Below, one piece after another: positions 52,251 to 64,000 of a DNA stretch of 64,000 nt. Numbering within the stretch: position 1 is the stretch's first letter; each line of letters starts with the position of its first letter. The stretch lies in the NCBI GenBank assembly GCA_965153355.1, contig OZ231126.1:31868001-31932000 (forward strand). The letters are read 5' to 3'. Under the pieces are notes generated by a model that had not been told where the DNA came from, did not search any database, and saw nothing but the letters and a program-made list of their open reading frames with translations. The stretch is from Flaccisagitta enflata. Lineage: Eukaryota. The position numbers were made by a program, and so were the translations under genes.

Positions 52251-54446
52251 CTGTCGAGGCAATTGGTATAGGCTGTTTCTATAATCTCCTTTTTGAGAGA
52301 TGGCCAAATAGGTCAATTGAAAAATTGAGAAAATTTGTCAAAAACATTCATAATCAGATAGCTTATATCAATATGAAGATGGCTCAAAAACTGAATTTTG
52401 TTACTGATCCTTGATTTTCATGTAAATTAGGCTGAAATACAACAAATAATGATCGAAAATAAGCCAAAATTGAGTTGTTTAAGTCAGCAAAACCAAAAAA
52501 ATGGGAATATTTTACTAAATCAAGTTCAAGAATTCAATCAGACCCAATTCTGCTGAAAAAAAATTGAGATTTCAATTTTTTTGGAAAATTCTCTAAAAGC
52601 AGCTTTTTTGGCTGGTTGGGCCAGTTGGCAAAAATTTACTGAATCTTTCAGCAACGATTAATTTAAGTAGGCATTCTCTAAAAGAACCACTGTGCAAAAT
52701 TTCAGCCAAATCGGACAAATATTTTAGAAGTTATGCCGATTTTTAAAATTTTTGGGTGGTAGGCTTGTTGGGCTGGTTGGGTTGGTTAGATGTGTCCCAG
52801 GTGAACCAAATGCTCTGTTCATAATAGTTTCAGTACAGTATTGATCCATGCAAAAAATCTTTTGTCTCTCTCAAAGGGTTTCCAAGATATGGGCATTTCG
52901 TGATTTTTATGGTTTACCATTTTGCTGTATGTGCATACATGCACCAATAACAAAGAATTAACTACGAAAATTCATCTTGAAGCGTGATTATTCTGCAACA
53001 ATTTACTGACCAATCATATTGAAAATTTCATTATGGCTAAATGCCCGGGAGTTAATACCAAAAATTTTCAGTGTAAATGCAAAATTTCATGCTCTTTCTC
53101 ATCGTGTTATCCAAATTTCCATCATCAGTTTCACAATGGCGTGACACTGACAGACTTGAAGCGTGACATGAGCGTGACAGAAGAGCTGGGGGGGGTGTGC
53201 GGAATAATCACGCTTGAAGAAAAGTGTCATTACGCGGGATTGGGGTGTCACAGTGGCATGAAATTTAGAGCATAAGTCCTTCAAGTAGTCTTCTATTAGA
53301 TAGAAACCTGAAAAGTGATTAACTTTGAGAATTTATAGTGTTTTACAAAAAAGATAATCGGCATACTCAGATTTTGCCATGAAATAGCAAAAAAATTAGA
53401 AGGATCAAAATTTGAAGATAATACAATATATGAACAACTTAGCATTTGCGCAGTAGGATGAAATTTTTTGCACATCACATCGGATTGATGATAACTGATT
53501 AAAAGCTGAGAAATGATCAGATGATCTATTTTTTGATAGGTTTTGCTTGTTATTTGCTTGTCCGGACAAAATCCGGACATGACAATGTGGCCAATTTGAC
53601 CTAATTTTTAGGCCCCCTAGGGGTAGGGGTAGTCACAAAAAATGGTTTGGCAAGGTAATCCAGGTAGTTAGGAAGGTCATCCAACTATAAAAACTTGTCA
53701 CATGCAATAGACATTGCGGTAACTAACACTGTTAACGTGGTGGTGAGTTGGGTTCTCGCGTCGAAAAGAGATTGTGACATTAGCCTATACGCGAATAATT
53801 CAAAATAACAGTTCTTAATAGATTTTGGAATTCTTTCATACACTTAAATCTTAATGGAGGTTAACTGGTTCGAAGGAGTGGCAATCCGTGGAGAATCTAA
53901 GTGTATATATGCGTGTACATATGCCGTCATTAGTCTATTATTCCTTTCATTTTAGCATTATTTCCTTCATTATTCCCCTCGTTATTTAGACTATTTCCTT
54001 CATCCTATTTTGTTTAGCCTCCTTTAGCATCGTTTGAACATTTGCTCATGATATTTTCCTTTTTGGGCAGCGGTCCCAAAGGGCCGATGTCCTGTATGAC
54101 ACAGGGGTGAATTTCCATATGTCCGTCCTTCCGTACGTACATACATACGTACGTCCCCCCCCAAGCTTCTTAATTCTCGAATTCCCATTAAATAACATGG
54201 GAAACTGACAAAATGCAAACTTCCCATTGAATAATATGGGAAAATGACAACTTGCAAACTTACCATTGAATAAACATGGAAAATTCTTAAAAATACATAT
54301 TTCCCATCGAATAACCTGGAAAATTAACAAAAAATGAAAGAAATTGTAGAAAATATATAACTCATTGAATATCATAGAAAATTGCTCAAAAGGCCTGAAA
54401 TATGTCTTCTCAGGACGTAAGGAAATTCGCCCCTGTGTCCTACAGG

Positions 54447-54735
54447 CAGGGGCCTGTAGAGGCCTATACACCCTATACAAATTATAGGGGCCCGGAGGGC
54501 CCTTCAATTATTATAGAAATGAAAAGGAAAAAAAAAAATTTTCTATTTTTTAACAGTTCAAACTACTTAATTCAACACTTGGACATTCTTTTTCGAATAG
54601 AATGTACAGAGACTGAAAAGTAATCCATATAAAAACTACCTGTGCTATTATCTCAGCCGGCAATCACGCTAAAACTAGGGGGGCCCGGATTTTTGGATTG
54701 TATAGGGGCCCGAAATTTCTCGGCTGGCGCCCCTG
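54447..54735. mobile_element. hAT-type MITE nested in another repeat
   Basis: CCTACAGG|CAGGGGC...GCCCCTG|CCTACAGG; 8-bp TSD. Confidence 0.8.
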
Positions 54736-55053
54736 CCTACAGGACACCAGCCTTTTGGGGCCGCTGCCCTGCTCTCACTCCACTTCTTCAGCTGATCACT
54801 CCAAGCAGGACATCGGGTACCACTGACCATGTGCAATCCTTGGATGACTTGTTCTCTTTATGCTTTGATCATCAGTTTCTACAAAAATCTCACCACGAAA
54901 TACATGGTCTTTCGTTACACCGAGTTGGTCGATTCATATTGCGTGGCAGACAGGGTCGTAGGCCTTCGAGATAGTTCTAGGCCCAATCACACCTGTTCTT
55001 GCGCAAAATTCTCGTAAGAAACCCGGTGAAGCTATTTCCCCTTTTTTTCCCAC

Positions 55054-55287
55054 CTGACATTGAAAAAACCCAATGCAGCAGCGACTGCCTTTGTACGGAG
55101 TGGCAGCGGCGGAATCCTCCGGCTGCTTCTCCTCATCTTTCTTCTTCATCTCTTCTTCTTCATCTTCTTCTTCTCTTCTCTTCTTCTTCTTCTTCCTCTT
55201 CCTCTTCCTCTTCTTCTCCTTTTCCTTCATTCTGTCTTTCCTCGCGTCATTAAGGATAAAAGTAATTTTTAATATCTCGTGTGCCAC
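55054..55287 (-). CDS. ZCCHC24/zf-3CxxC-like gene: exon with a Lys/Glu-rich tract and the start of the zinc domain (5' boundary unresolved)
   Basis: Ends ...AAATPYKGSRCCIGFFQCQ then donor CAG|GTGGGA. TPY.G..RC.G.[FY].C is the ZCCHC24-type 3CxxC entry motif. The upstream purine-rich (minus strand) tract to about 56.1 kb probably also codes, but its frame could not be followed. Confidence 0.7.
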
Positions 55288-56420
55288 GCCTCCTTTTTCT
55301 CCTCCGCCTTCTTCTTCTTCTTCATCTCCCTCTTCCTTCTTCTTCCTCTTTTTTTTTTTCTTCTTCTTCTTCTTTTTTCTTCTTCTTCTTCTTCCTTCTC
55401 CTGGCTGCCCAAGTACTGACTTTGATTCATTCCTACTCGCCTTTCCTGTTCTTGTCCCTCTCCTTCTTCTTCTTCTTCCTTCTTCCTTCCTCCCTCCTTT
55501 CCTTTCTTCCTTCCTCTTCCTCTCCTCTTCTCCTTCTGTCCTCTTTTTTTCCCTTCCTTCTTCTCTTCTTCCTTCTTCTTATTCTCCTTCTTCTTCTCTC
55601 TTTTCTTCTTCTTCTTCTGTTCTTCCTCGCGTCATTATGATGAAAGTGATTTTTTCAACATTCCTTGTGCCAATGCCTCCTTTTTCTCCTCTTCTGCCTT
55701 CTTCTTCATCTCTCTCCTCTTCTTCTTCCTCTCTTCTTCTTTTTTTTTTCTTCTTCTTCTTTCTACTTTTCTCTACTTCTTTTTCTTCTCTTCTTCTTTT
55801 GTTTTCTTCCTGTTCTCATTATTTCCCTACGTAATAAAACATTTAAAACTGAAACTAATCTTTCAAATCTTCAATCACTTGATTCCTCCTCCTCCTCCTC
55901 CTCCCTCCTCCTCACCCTCTCCTTCCTCCTCCTCCTCCCTCTTCTCCACCACCTTCGTTCCCATTCTTCTTCCTCCTTCATCTACTTCACTCTTCTTGAC
56001 ATTTTTGTCTTCTCCTCCTTTTCACCTTCTTCTTCCTTCTTCTCTTCAGCACTTTTGTCATTTTTTTGCCAGAATTTTGATTGCCGGTCTATGCCGGACT
56101 ACTTCAATATGAGGCCCAAAAATTATGAAATAAGCCACTTTGGTTCGCCTAAACGTTCTTTTTTTGTCAATTCTTTGAGGGAGGAATCCATTTTGGTTGA
56201 AAAATTAGTAAATAAATGGCGTAGATAGAAAGACATGCAATTGTAAGCTTCCTCGCTCGCTCTGAACACGCACATCCCATTGTGCAAAGGGCCCCGAAGG
56301 TCCGATGTCCTGTAGCACACGGGTAAATTTCCAGATGTCCGCCTGTCCGTCCATCTGTCCATCCAAACGTCAGTCCCCCCAGGCGGAAAGAAAGAGAAAT
56401 TCAAAGAAATCTCTTTCTTT

Positions 56421-56490
<70 letters not shown>

Positions 56491-57309
56491 GCCATTACGT
56501 TCATTCTAAGAGTCAGCGACGGATATGCCTCATGCTCCAATTAGCTGCAGTAATTAACTCCACTCCGATAGACTAGCGACTGATTCAGAGGCTTTGTCTG
56601 TCCGTCCATCCATCCGTCTGTTGGTCCGTTGGTCCATTGGTCCATAAGTCCATTGGTTCATTGGGCCATTGGTGCATCCGTTACGCACTAGTCGGAAATT
56701 GCAACATCGGGCTTTTGAGATATGGTGTGTGTATTGAGGGTGTGTGGAAAGGGGATATGGAGGGGGGGGGGAATTACTTTGAATTTGTCTTCTAAAGACA
56801 GCCTTTTGTTTGTAGTTCACAAAATTGCCGTTAGTTCAATCATCACTCATCTGTCCAGAACAAAAGTGAATGGCAATTTTGAGTCACATGACCACGTCGG
56901 CCAAAAAACAGTTGTCTAAAAAAACGGTTCTGTTCTGGTTGTGACTATAGCTGTAGATTTTCAAAGTCCTGTGACTTTCAACTGTAGTTTTTCTCTTTTT
57001 CGTTTTTCATTTAAAGATCCCGTTAAGAGTACTTAAGTCATTGTTTATTCTTCCAATCGTCAATATTTCTTTTGCCTTTCTTTCTCAACAGTTCTGTTTT
57101 ATTATGGAAGCATTGCTTCATCCCTAATTGTCTCGTTTTTAAAGAAAAAAGTATTTCTTCTATTGGCGTTAGCCATTTGGAGATTGTTGCCATCTCTCTT
57201 TGTATTCCAGAAAAAAAAGTTTTAGCTCATCGACGATCTGTCCCAGAAAAAACTTTCAAATGCTATCATAGAAAATCTGGTGATACTTAAAAGAAAGAAA
57301 AGAAAAGAA

Positions 57310-59541
57310 ATGGCGACCCACGCTGAGAAGGAAGAGACTCTGAAACGCGAAACAGGCCCAAATACAAACTCGGCTGACCAGGGCTCCAAGGAAAAAAAGC
57401 CCAAAACCGAAGAAACATCACACACGTGCCCTCTGTGCTCATTCAAATACTCTCAAATGAGCGACTTGAAAGATCACATTCTAAGTAGTCATACGAAACA
57501 AAACGCTTTCCAATGCCATCTATGCTCATCAACTTTCGCATTAAAGAATCTACTCCAAGACCATTTAAAGACGCATTGGGGAGAAGCGATTCTCCACTCT
57601 GAACATTCCACATGCCATGATTGCCCCTTTTGCGAGTCGTCGTTTATTCACAAAAGTGATTTGAATATTCACATCAAAAGTCACGGAGAAAGACCTTTTC
57701 GATGTCATCTTTGTTCTTCAGCGTTTAATCATGACAGCAATCTAAAAGTTCACATACGTAATTTACATTGTGTCAGAACGAAACCCTTTCAATGTCCTCT
57801 TTGTCCACACGCATTTGACGCCAAGCAGAATCTGGATATTCACGTGAGGACTCATACAGGAGAAAAACCTTTCCAATGCAACCTTTGTCCAGCCGCCTTT
57901 GGTCATCAAGGCAACTTGAAAAGACACTTGAGGAAAAGACACTTGAGGAGCCACAAGGGAGAGAAGCCATATAAGTGCAATATCTGTGATAAAGAATTTG
58001 CTCAAGGAAGAAGTCTAAAACGACACAAGTTGGCGCTTCACACGGAAGACACTCACGATGAGAAACGCATTATTAAGGCTCTCACAGCGGAGGAACAAAC
58101 ATTAAATAAGACCCACAGAAAGGAACCGCATCACATAGAGACTCCGAATGAGAGATGCGATGATAATACTCCCACAGCGGAGGAACAAACATTTAATAAG
58201 ATCCACAGAAAAGAAACGCATTACACAGACATTCCCAATGAGAGACCCAATGATAACAACACTTGCACGAGGGTACTAACATTTAACAAGACTCACAGAA
58301 GAAAAGAAGCTACATTCAGATGCTACCAATGTCTGGCCGAATTTGATCAAACGTACAAGCTGAAAGCGTACAAGCTGAAAGAGCACATGTTAACACATAC
58401 TCGGGTAGAGGTGTTCCAATGCCATATTCACCTTTGCCCGTTTGTAACAACTCAGGAGGAGAAATTGAAAGATCATGTGACAACAGCTCATACCGCAGAA
58501 AACTCGTTTGAGTGCCACCTCTGTCAGTCGGTTTTCATGAGAAGCAATCACCTGTTAGCTCACTTGAGGACGCGGCACACCGAAGAAGAAAAGCCATTTC
58601 AATGCGCCATTTGCCAGGCTAAATTTGGTACGCAAATTAATTTGAAAAATCACGCCAGGACTCACGTAAAAGACAAGCCATTTACATGCGATCGATGTCC
58701 TCGTGCTTACCATCTGGAAAGCAGTTTGACGAGACACAAAGTTATTCACCTCACGCAGAAACCATTCAGATGCCCACATTGTCCATCTGCGTTTTCTCAT
58801 GAGAGTTATTTGGAAGATCATGTGAAAACTCATACCCAAGATGATGAAGATATTGAAGATGCTGAGGATTTTGAAGACGCTGAAGAAGATGGAGATGTGC
58901 AAGATGCTGAGGATTTTGAACTTACTGAAGGAACAGAAGATGCTGAAGATTCTGAAAATTGTGATGATACTGAAGAGACTGGAAATGAAGAAATGAAAGA
59001 ACCCTTAAAAACTCCAACATTTGTGTGCCTTCTTTGCATGTGTGCCTTTGATGACATTGGCGCTTTGGAAAGACACCAACTGTTTCACGCCAGGAAAGAA
59101 CCCACAAAGGATCACACTAAGAAAAAACCCACAAAGGATCACACAAAACCCACAAAGGATACAAAACCAAATGATGATCATTCCTACTTTGCTCCTTCCA
59201 AACAACCTCTCAACAAGCCCACATGTAAACAAGAAGATAGTGTTTTTGATGAGTACCCTATCATTAATGATGAGACTAGGCCACTTCATTGTAAGCAAGA
59301 AAATAATGTTTCTGAAGAGTACCATATCACCAACGATGTTAATGATGAGTACCATATCGTTAATGATGATGTTGAGCCACTACAATGTTATTTCTGTCCT
59401 TCTGCGTTCTCAACAATGGTGCAGATGACCTCTCACGAATGCTCTCATACTGGTGAAAAGACCAAAGATAGACCAAAAGCTCTTATTTGTGAAGTCTCAG
59501 ATTCTGATCAAGTCCAGACAACTCGCGCTAAGTTATGTTAA
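57310..59541 (+). CDS. Multi-C2H2 (Kruppel-type) zinc finger protein, about 15 fingers, single coding exon
   Basis: Long uninterrupted ORF; first ATG at 57310; repeated CxxC-x12-HxxxH units with HTGEKPF-type linkers; acidic tract near 58840-59000. Confidence 0.92.
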   Translation: MATHAEKEETLKRETGPNTNSADQGSKEKKPKTEETSHTCPLCSFKYSQMSDLKDHILSSHTKQNAFQCHLCSSTFALKNLLQDHLKTHWGEAILHSEHSTCHDCPFCESSFIHKSDLNIHIKSHGERPFRCHLCSSAFNHDSNLKVHIRNLHCVRTKPFQCPLCPHAFDAKQNLDIHVRTHTGEKPFQCNLCPAAFGHQGNLKRHLRKRHLRSHKGEKPYKCNICDKEFAQGRSLKRHKLALHTEDTHDEKRIIKALTAEEQTLNKTHRKEPHHIETPNERCDDNTPTAEEQTFNKIHRKETHYTDIPNERPNDNNTCTRVLTFNKTHRRKEATFRCYQCLAEFDQTYKLKAYKLKEHMLTHTRVEVFQCHIHLCPFVTTQEEKLKDHVTTAHTAENSFECHLCQSVFMRSNHLLAHLRTRHTEEEKPFQCAICQAKFGTQINLKNHARTHVKDKPFTCDRCPRAYHLESSLTRHKVIHLTQKPFRCPHCPSAFSHESYLEDHVKTHTQDDEDIEDAEDFEDAEEDGDVQDAEDFELTEGTEDAEDSENCDDTEETGNEEMKEPLKTPTFVCLLCMCAFDDIGALERHQLFHARKEPTKDHTKKKPTKDHTKPTKDTKPNDDHSYFAPSKQPLNKPTCKQEDSVFDEYPIINDETRPLHCKQENNVSEEYHITNDVNDEYHIVNDDVEPLQCYFCPSAFSTMVQMTSHECSHTGEKTKDRPKALICEVSDSDQVQTTRAKLC

Positions 59542-60478
59542 ATGTTCATTGTAGGTTTGGTGTTTTTTTTATGTCATATTGATTGTCATATTAATGTCAT
59601 ATGTCATATGGATGTCATATTGATAACATATTGTTGTCATATTGATTCTCTTATTGATGTCATATCGATGTCATATTGATTGACAAGTTGATGTGGGAAG
59701 AGTTCACATGGATGTCTTGAGTACCTTCTCAAGCACCTTCTTCCTATTGAAAATAGTGCCTGAGAAGGTACTTGAAACGCCCATGTGAACGTCCCCCTGT
59801 ACAAAATGCTCAGTTTCTTCATGGGTTTTTGATATCCTACAGAAAGAATGCTGTTGAAAGAGGAAGGGACGCGGGGTCGCAATATTGTTGTGGACGGGTG
59901 GGCAGGGACATCCAAACCCTACCCACACCCCATGCTCCACCCCACTAACACACATACTTAAAAAAAACATCTAAAACGCTCACTTTTCGACTTGTGCGTT
60001 ACTGACGGACGAATGGACCGAGGGGTGGATGGATGGACAGATGGGTGGATGGATGGACAGATGGATGGATGGACAAAGCCTCTTAGAGAGTTGCGTGTCC
60101 GCAACTTAAAAGTAAGCTAGAGGTTAATCAATTGCAGTGAGAGCAGTCAGTTTCAGAATGTATGTTGATGCGTTAGTTAGTTAATTAGTTGTATAGTTTC
60201 TTGTTAAGAAATTATGTAGAGTGTTTAACCTGAGTGACAGTTAAGCCAATATTTTAAGATTGGGTAAGTGTAATGCTCATATCTCAAAGATTTGACATAA
60301 CGTATAGCTTATCATTTGTATGGCACACTATTGGGCAGTAGCAGCAAGGTCATATGAGGTTTGTTTCATTCGTCAACTTAATAAGCGACAGTGACATTCA
60401 ATACATAAATCAATTAAATAACATCATTCATGAGGGCATTAAGGGGGGATTTTGGGAAAAGCGAAGATTTAGTGATAA

Positions 60479-61324
60479 CTAAGTGTCTGCAGCCATGTAT
60501 TTTGACAGACGTGAGATAGTCGAATTACGGTGGCCAGGGAGTGATTCATGAAACTTTTTCCTGGCTTTTGCAAAAATGTCAGTCAGAGATGGAGAGCCAA
60601 AACCCTCTCTTAATGCGCGAACGCTTTCCCATCTTTGAAATGTGAAAATTTTTCTTATCGAATCATTCAGAGCCGTGTTACAATCATTCATCTGTCTCGA
60701 CGAGTAATCTTTCATTGCTGAGGCATAAGAAAAACACGGTACGCAGTGTGAGTACAAAAGATGCATTTGGATTGGTTCGTTTTTTGTCTGAATTTGATTC
60801 AATATCGAATTTGCTGATCTGTTATAGGATCTCAGATCGGCCTCGTGAGAGAAAGAGAACGCTGGGTTACTCGTGATAGTGACACCAAGATACTTTATGC
60901 GATTGACAATATCAATGTTACATCCAGAAATAGTAAGGGGTTCTATTATACTGTAGTCGACAGTGTTTTTGGAGAAAACCATGATATTGGATTTTTTAGC
61001 GTTGAAAGAAAGTCCATAAGTTGAACAATAGCTTTCACATTCGTTAATCATTTTTTGTAAGCCTGACCTAGTGGGAGCCAATAAGACTATATCGTCAGCA
61101 AAGAACAAAGACGCAAGAAACACTTTACCAATATGGCAGCCCAGTTTCATTTGACGGAGCTGATTTACCATACCATCATAATAGACCGCAAAAAAATCAG
61201 GCGAGTTTATTCCTCCCTGTTTGATACCCAGTGGAACTGCAAAAGAGTGACTAGTTTCAGAGCCCCACTTTACTTCGGAATACATATTTCCATACCAGAA
61301 AATTAGACAAAGTATAATGCACAA
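60479..61324 (-). mobile_element. 5'-truncated non-LTR retrotransposon (LINE, CR1/L2-group-like), reverse transcriptase C-terminal half
   Basis: Motifs GIKQGGINSP.FF..Y.D, FADDIVLLAP..GLQ, FN.KKS and KYLGV; the ORF starts mid-domain and no endonuclease is present. Confidence 0.9.
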
Positions 61325-62412
61325 AGGATATGATATCCATGATGTCCAAAATTGTCGGTCTTAGAAAGTATTAAGGAATTGAATAAACAATCTTACTTAA
61401 ATACCAACTGTTTAGTCTGAGTGCAGTATCAAGGAAAGATTTCGCTTTGAAAACATGTTGCAGACTGTTTTTACTGCATTTTTAGATGCGGTCACGCGAA
61501 TCTACACTTGGCCATGTTGGTCGGTAGGTCGGTAGGTCGGTCCCAAATATTCTAAAATTTCGAGCCATTACTCCCTGCCACCATAATTACAGACGGGCCG
61601 TAGGGTATATAATTACGGAGCAATTCGTGACGATGACTTTTGTTTTACTTTCACATTGATTGTCCAGCTACGACTGGTGCGGTGGTATAGGGAAAACTTC
61701 TTTTTTTTTTGGGGGGGGGGAATTGAAACAAAATGATAACGACCCCGGAAGGACAAATTTGGGTTTAATCATGACCAACTGACTAAAGACATTCAAGCAT
61801 TTTTAGGTGCGACAAAGCACCTCCATAACTGGCTGTGTCTTTTGGTAGGTCGGTCAGTTGGTCTGTCGGGAAACGTATTCGTTTGAGATCTACACGCTGC
61901 ACCTCATTGGCCTACTTGGCCTTGTTATAGTCACGTTCGCATTTACCAATATGGAAAAGGTTTTCTGATCAGAGCATCATCATCAAGTGGTGCAAGAATA
62001 CCCATCTATAGACACCTTTTTCGGGCGCGCCAATGCAACTCTAGATATGTATGATATATCCAGTCCTTTCCGTCAATTGGTTGATCTGTCTGTTGGTCCA
62101 TTACACAATCATTTGACAATCCATCCAGTGGCAGTGAACCTATTTCCCTTCTTGGCCAAGTTAATTTTTCAAAATTTTTTCATCTTCTGTTCTTTTCAAA
62201 TCATTATTTAGCTCTGAGTTTGTAAATGGCTGTAGTGCTGTGGGTTTTGCGTAGGAAGTATTAATCATATGGATCAAAGTCATCCTAATGCTTATTTCAT
62301 CTGCCGTTAGGATAAATATTTTGTTTTGTTTTTGAAGAAAAAAAAACAGAATAAAATTGGGTGAAGATGCTGACATTATAAAACAATTTTGAAAATCTCT
62401 GCCAGGATTACA

Positions 62413-62563
62413 AACAAGGCCGGATACACGGCAATACAGTCGCGGACGGTTGGGCAGGAGCAGTGATGCTAAAACCGATCGCAATTCAAAAATATTTCGG
62501 ACGGACGGACCGACGGACCGACCGACACGGCAAGGTGTAGAGTCGCGTGTCCGCGACTAAAAA
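62413..62563 (-). mobile_element. Short HINE/DINE-1-like (Helentron-associated) element; representative of at least 18 copies in the window
   Basis: T-run, then hairpin TAGTCGCGGACACGCGACT, (GTCG/GTCC)n microsatellite, subterminal copy CCGTCCGCGACT and 3' hairpin GCCGTGTATCCGGC-CTTGTT. Other copies near 1395, 2369, 3405, 3538, 4347, 11955, 12430, 13213, 16125, 17955, 18217, 18585, 37508, 37816, 38375, 42521 and 59865. Confidence 0.7.
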
Positions 62564-62750
62564 GAAAAGGAAAATAAAAGATTTAAAAAAAAAAAAGATT
62601 TGGTCTGATAATTAGAGTGCCTATACCCCGTAATGAAGATGACCTGATCAAAATACCTCTTGCATTTTGACACTCCGTCACAAGTGATCACTACAGAGAA
62701 TCACGTAGCAGCGACTAAAAAATTCTTTTGCCGAATACGGAATACCTATA

Positions 62751-63081
62751 CAGTCAGCGGACTAAACACAATAGGTATATATATCACTCCGTTGGTTTTG
62801 ATCCAACATACTGATGTTCAACAGAATGCTGTAAACAACAACTGGTTGTTGAAATTACAGCCGGCTTATTGCTGTCAGTTGGCAAAAATCCAACTTTCAA
62901 TAAATAGAATGAGACCTGCAGATTCATAATTCTGATGAAATTCTGAGAAATTTGATATGTCACACTTAACACTTTTTGTAAAAAATAATTACGTTGCATT
63001 ATAATTAAATTAAACATTGATAAATTTTTTTATTTTTATATAAAAGTATATATATACCTATTGTGTTTTGTCCGCTGACTG
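62751..63081. mobile_element. Tc1/mariner-type MITE with TA TSD
   Basis: TA|CAGTCAGCGGACTAAACACAATAGGTATATATA...TATATATACCTATTGTGTTTTGTCCGCTGACTG|TA. Confidence 0.88.
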
Positions 63082-63829
63082 TATATCTTCTCTAACTCGG
63101 TAGGACGCACTGAAAATTAACCCGGAAGAACTTACCCAGAGGACGAAGTTACCATTTCCATCATTGATTTTGGTTCAGTCAATATCTCTATCAGTTCTTT
63201 CCGACCTTGAAAGGTTAAGTTATGAAGGATCTCCATACTTTAATCGCCAAATGAGATAAATGCAAAATGATTGAGAGAAATTCGTTGATAAAGCGCCAAA
63301 AAAGTGAAAAAATTATTTATAATCATCTCATTTATGCTTAGACAGAGTTACAAATTTGCATCGAAAATCAAAATATCAACAAAATAAGAACATAGCGCGC
63401 TTAGTACATGATTTAGGGATCGAGCTATGTTCTTATTTTGTTGATATTTTGATTTTTTATGCAAATTTGTAATTCTGTGTAGGTCATGGTACAATAACAA
63501 GTTGAATTTTTCCATGTTTTTTGCCGATTTTTTAACCATAAAATGACAAGTTTAGAGGTTGAAACTGGCATGTGAAAGATTATCCATGCAAAATGTATCG
63601 ATCCACATCTTTATTGTTAACACCAAAAAAAAATATTTCAGCTAATTTCATTTTTTAAAAATCATGATTCATTGGGCACGGGTAGCAAATTCCATGCTAA
63701 TTTTCGGTGCGACATAGTAGCTTGCTACTGGGGTCTTTCCGCGTATCTGTCTATCTGTATTTCTGTATGTCTGCTTGTCTCTCAGATCTGTTGGTGTGTT
63801 TGGATGTTGCAAGTTTTTCTGACGTATCC

Positions 63830-63877
<48 letters not shown>

Positions 63878-64000
63878 ATCTGTCTCTGTCTTTCTGTCCT
63901 TATCGTTGGCGTGTGAAGTTGCAGAATCACGGCGTAGCGACGATTTTTTGGCGAGTCGATGAAAGTAAACAAAAAAGTCGAAAACAAACAAAAGACTCTC

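Noticed and set aside
55073-56228. Long Phe/Ser/Leu-rich + strand ORFs as membrane proteins
   Set aside because: Artefact of a polypyrimidine tract; the coding evidence is on the minus strand.

Overview
Repeat-rich, AT-rich eukaryotic (metazoan-looking) genomic DNA with GT-AG introns; most entries in the ORF track are spurious. Three genes are supported. (1) The 5' part of a Rabaptin-5 (RABEP1) gene on the minus strand, with exons 8827-8528, 8350-8168 and 95-1, running off the window. (2) A minus-strand, multi-exon ZCCHC24/zf-3CxxC-like gene (about 55.3-44.8 kb) whose zinc domain has two extra CxxC-pair modules inserted. (3) An intronless gene with about 15 C2H2 zinc fingers (57310-59541, +). 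There is also a 5'-truncated LINE reverse transcriptase at 60.5-61.3 kb. The main structural observation is that almost the whole interval between RABEP1 and the ZCCHC24-like gene lies between matching 20-bp inverted termini (CAGGGGGTGGAAWGCTAAAA) with a perfect 8-bp target-site duplication (AGTATAGT). This defines a 34.8-kb hAT-like unit (9467-44234) with no recognisable transposase. It contains a 10.7-kb satellite array that inverts internally, a 5-kb inverted repeat complex, many nested MITEs and HINE-like elements, and decayed coding-like remnants. Other notable items are tandem copies of a RABEP1 exon end, HINE/DINE-like elements that each carry a different minisatellite, and an inverted cassette of telomere-like repeats. 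Gene names come from motif recognition only; no database search was run.
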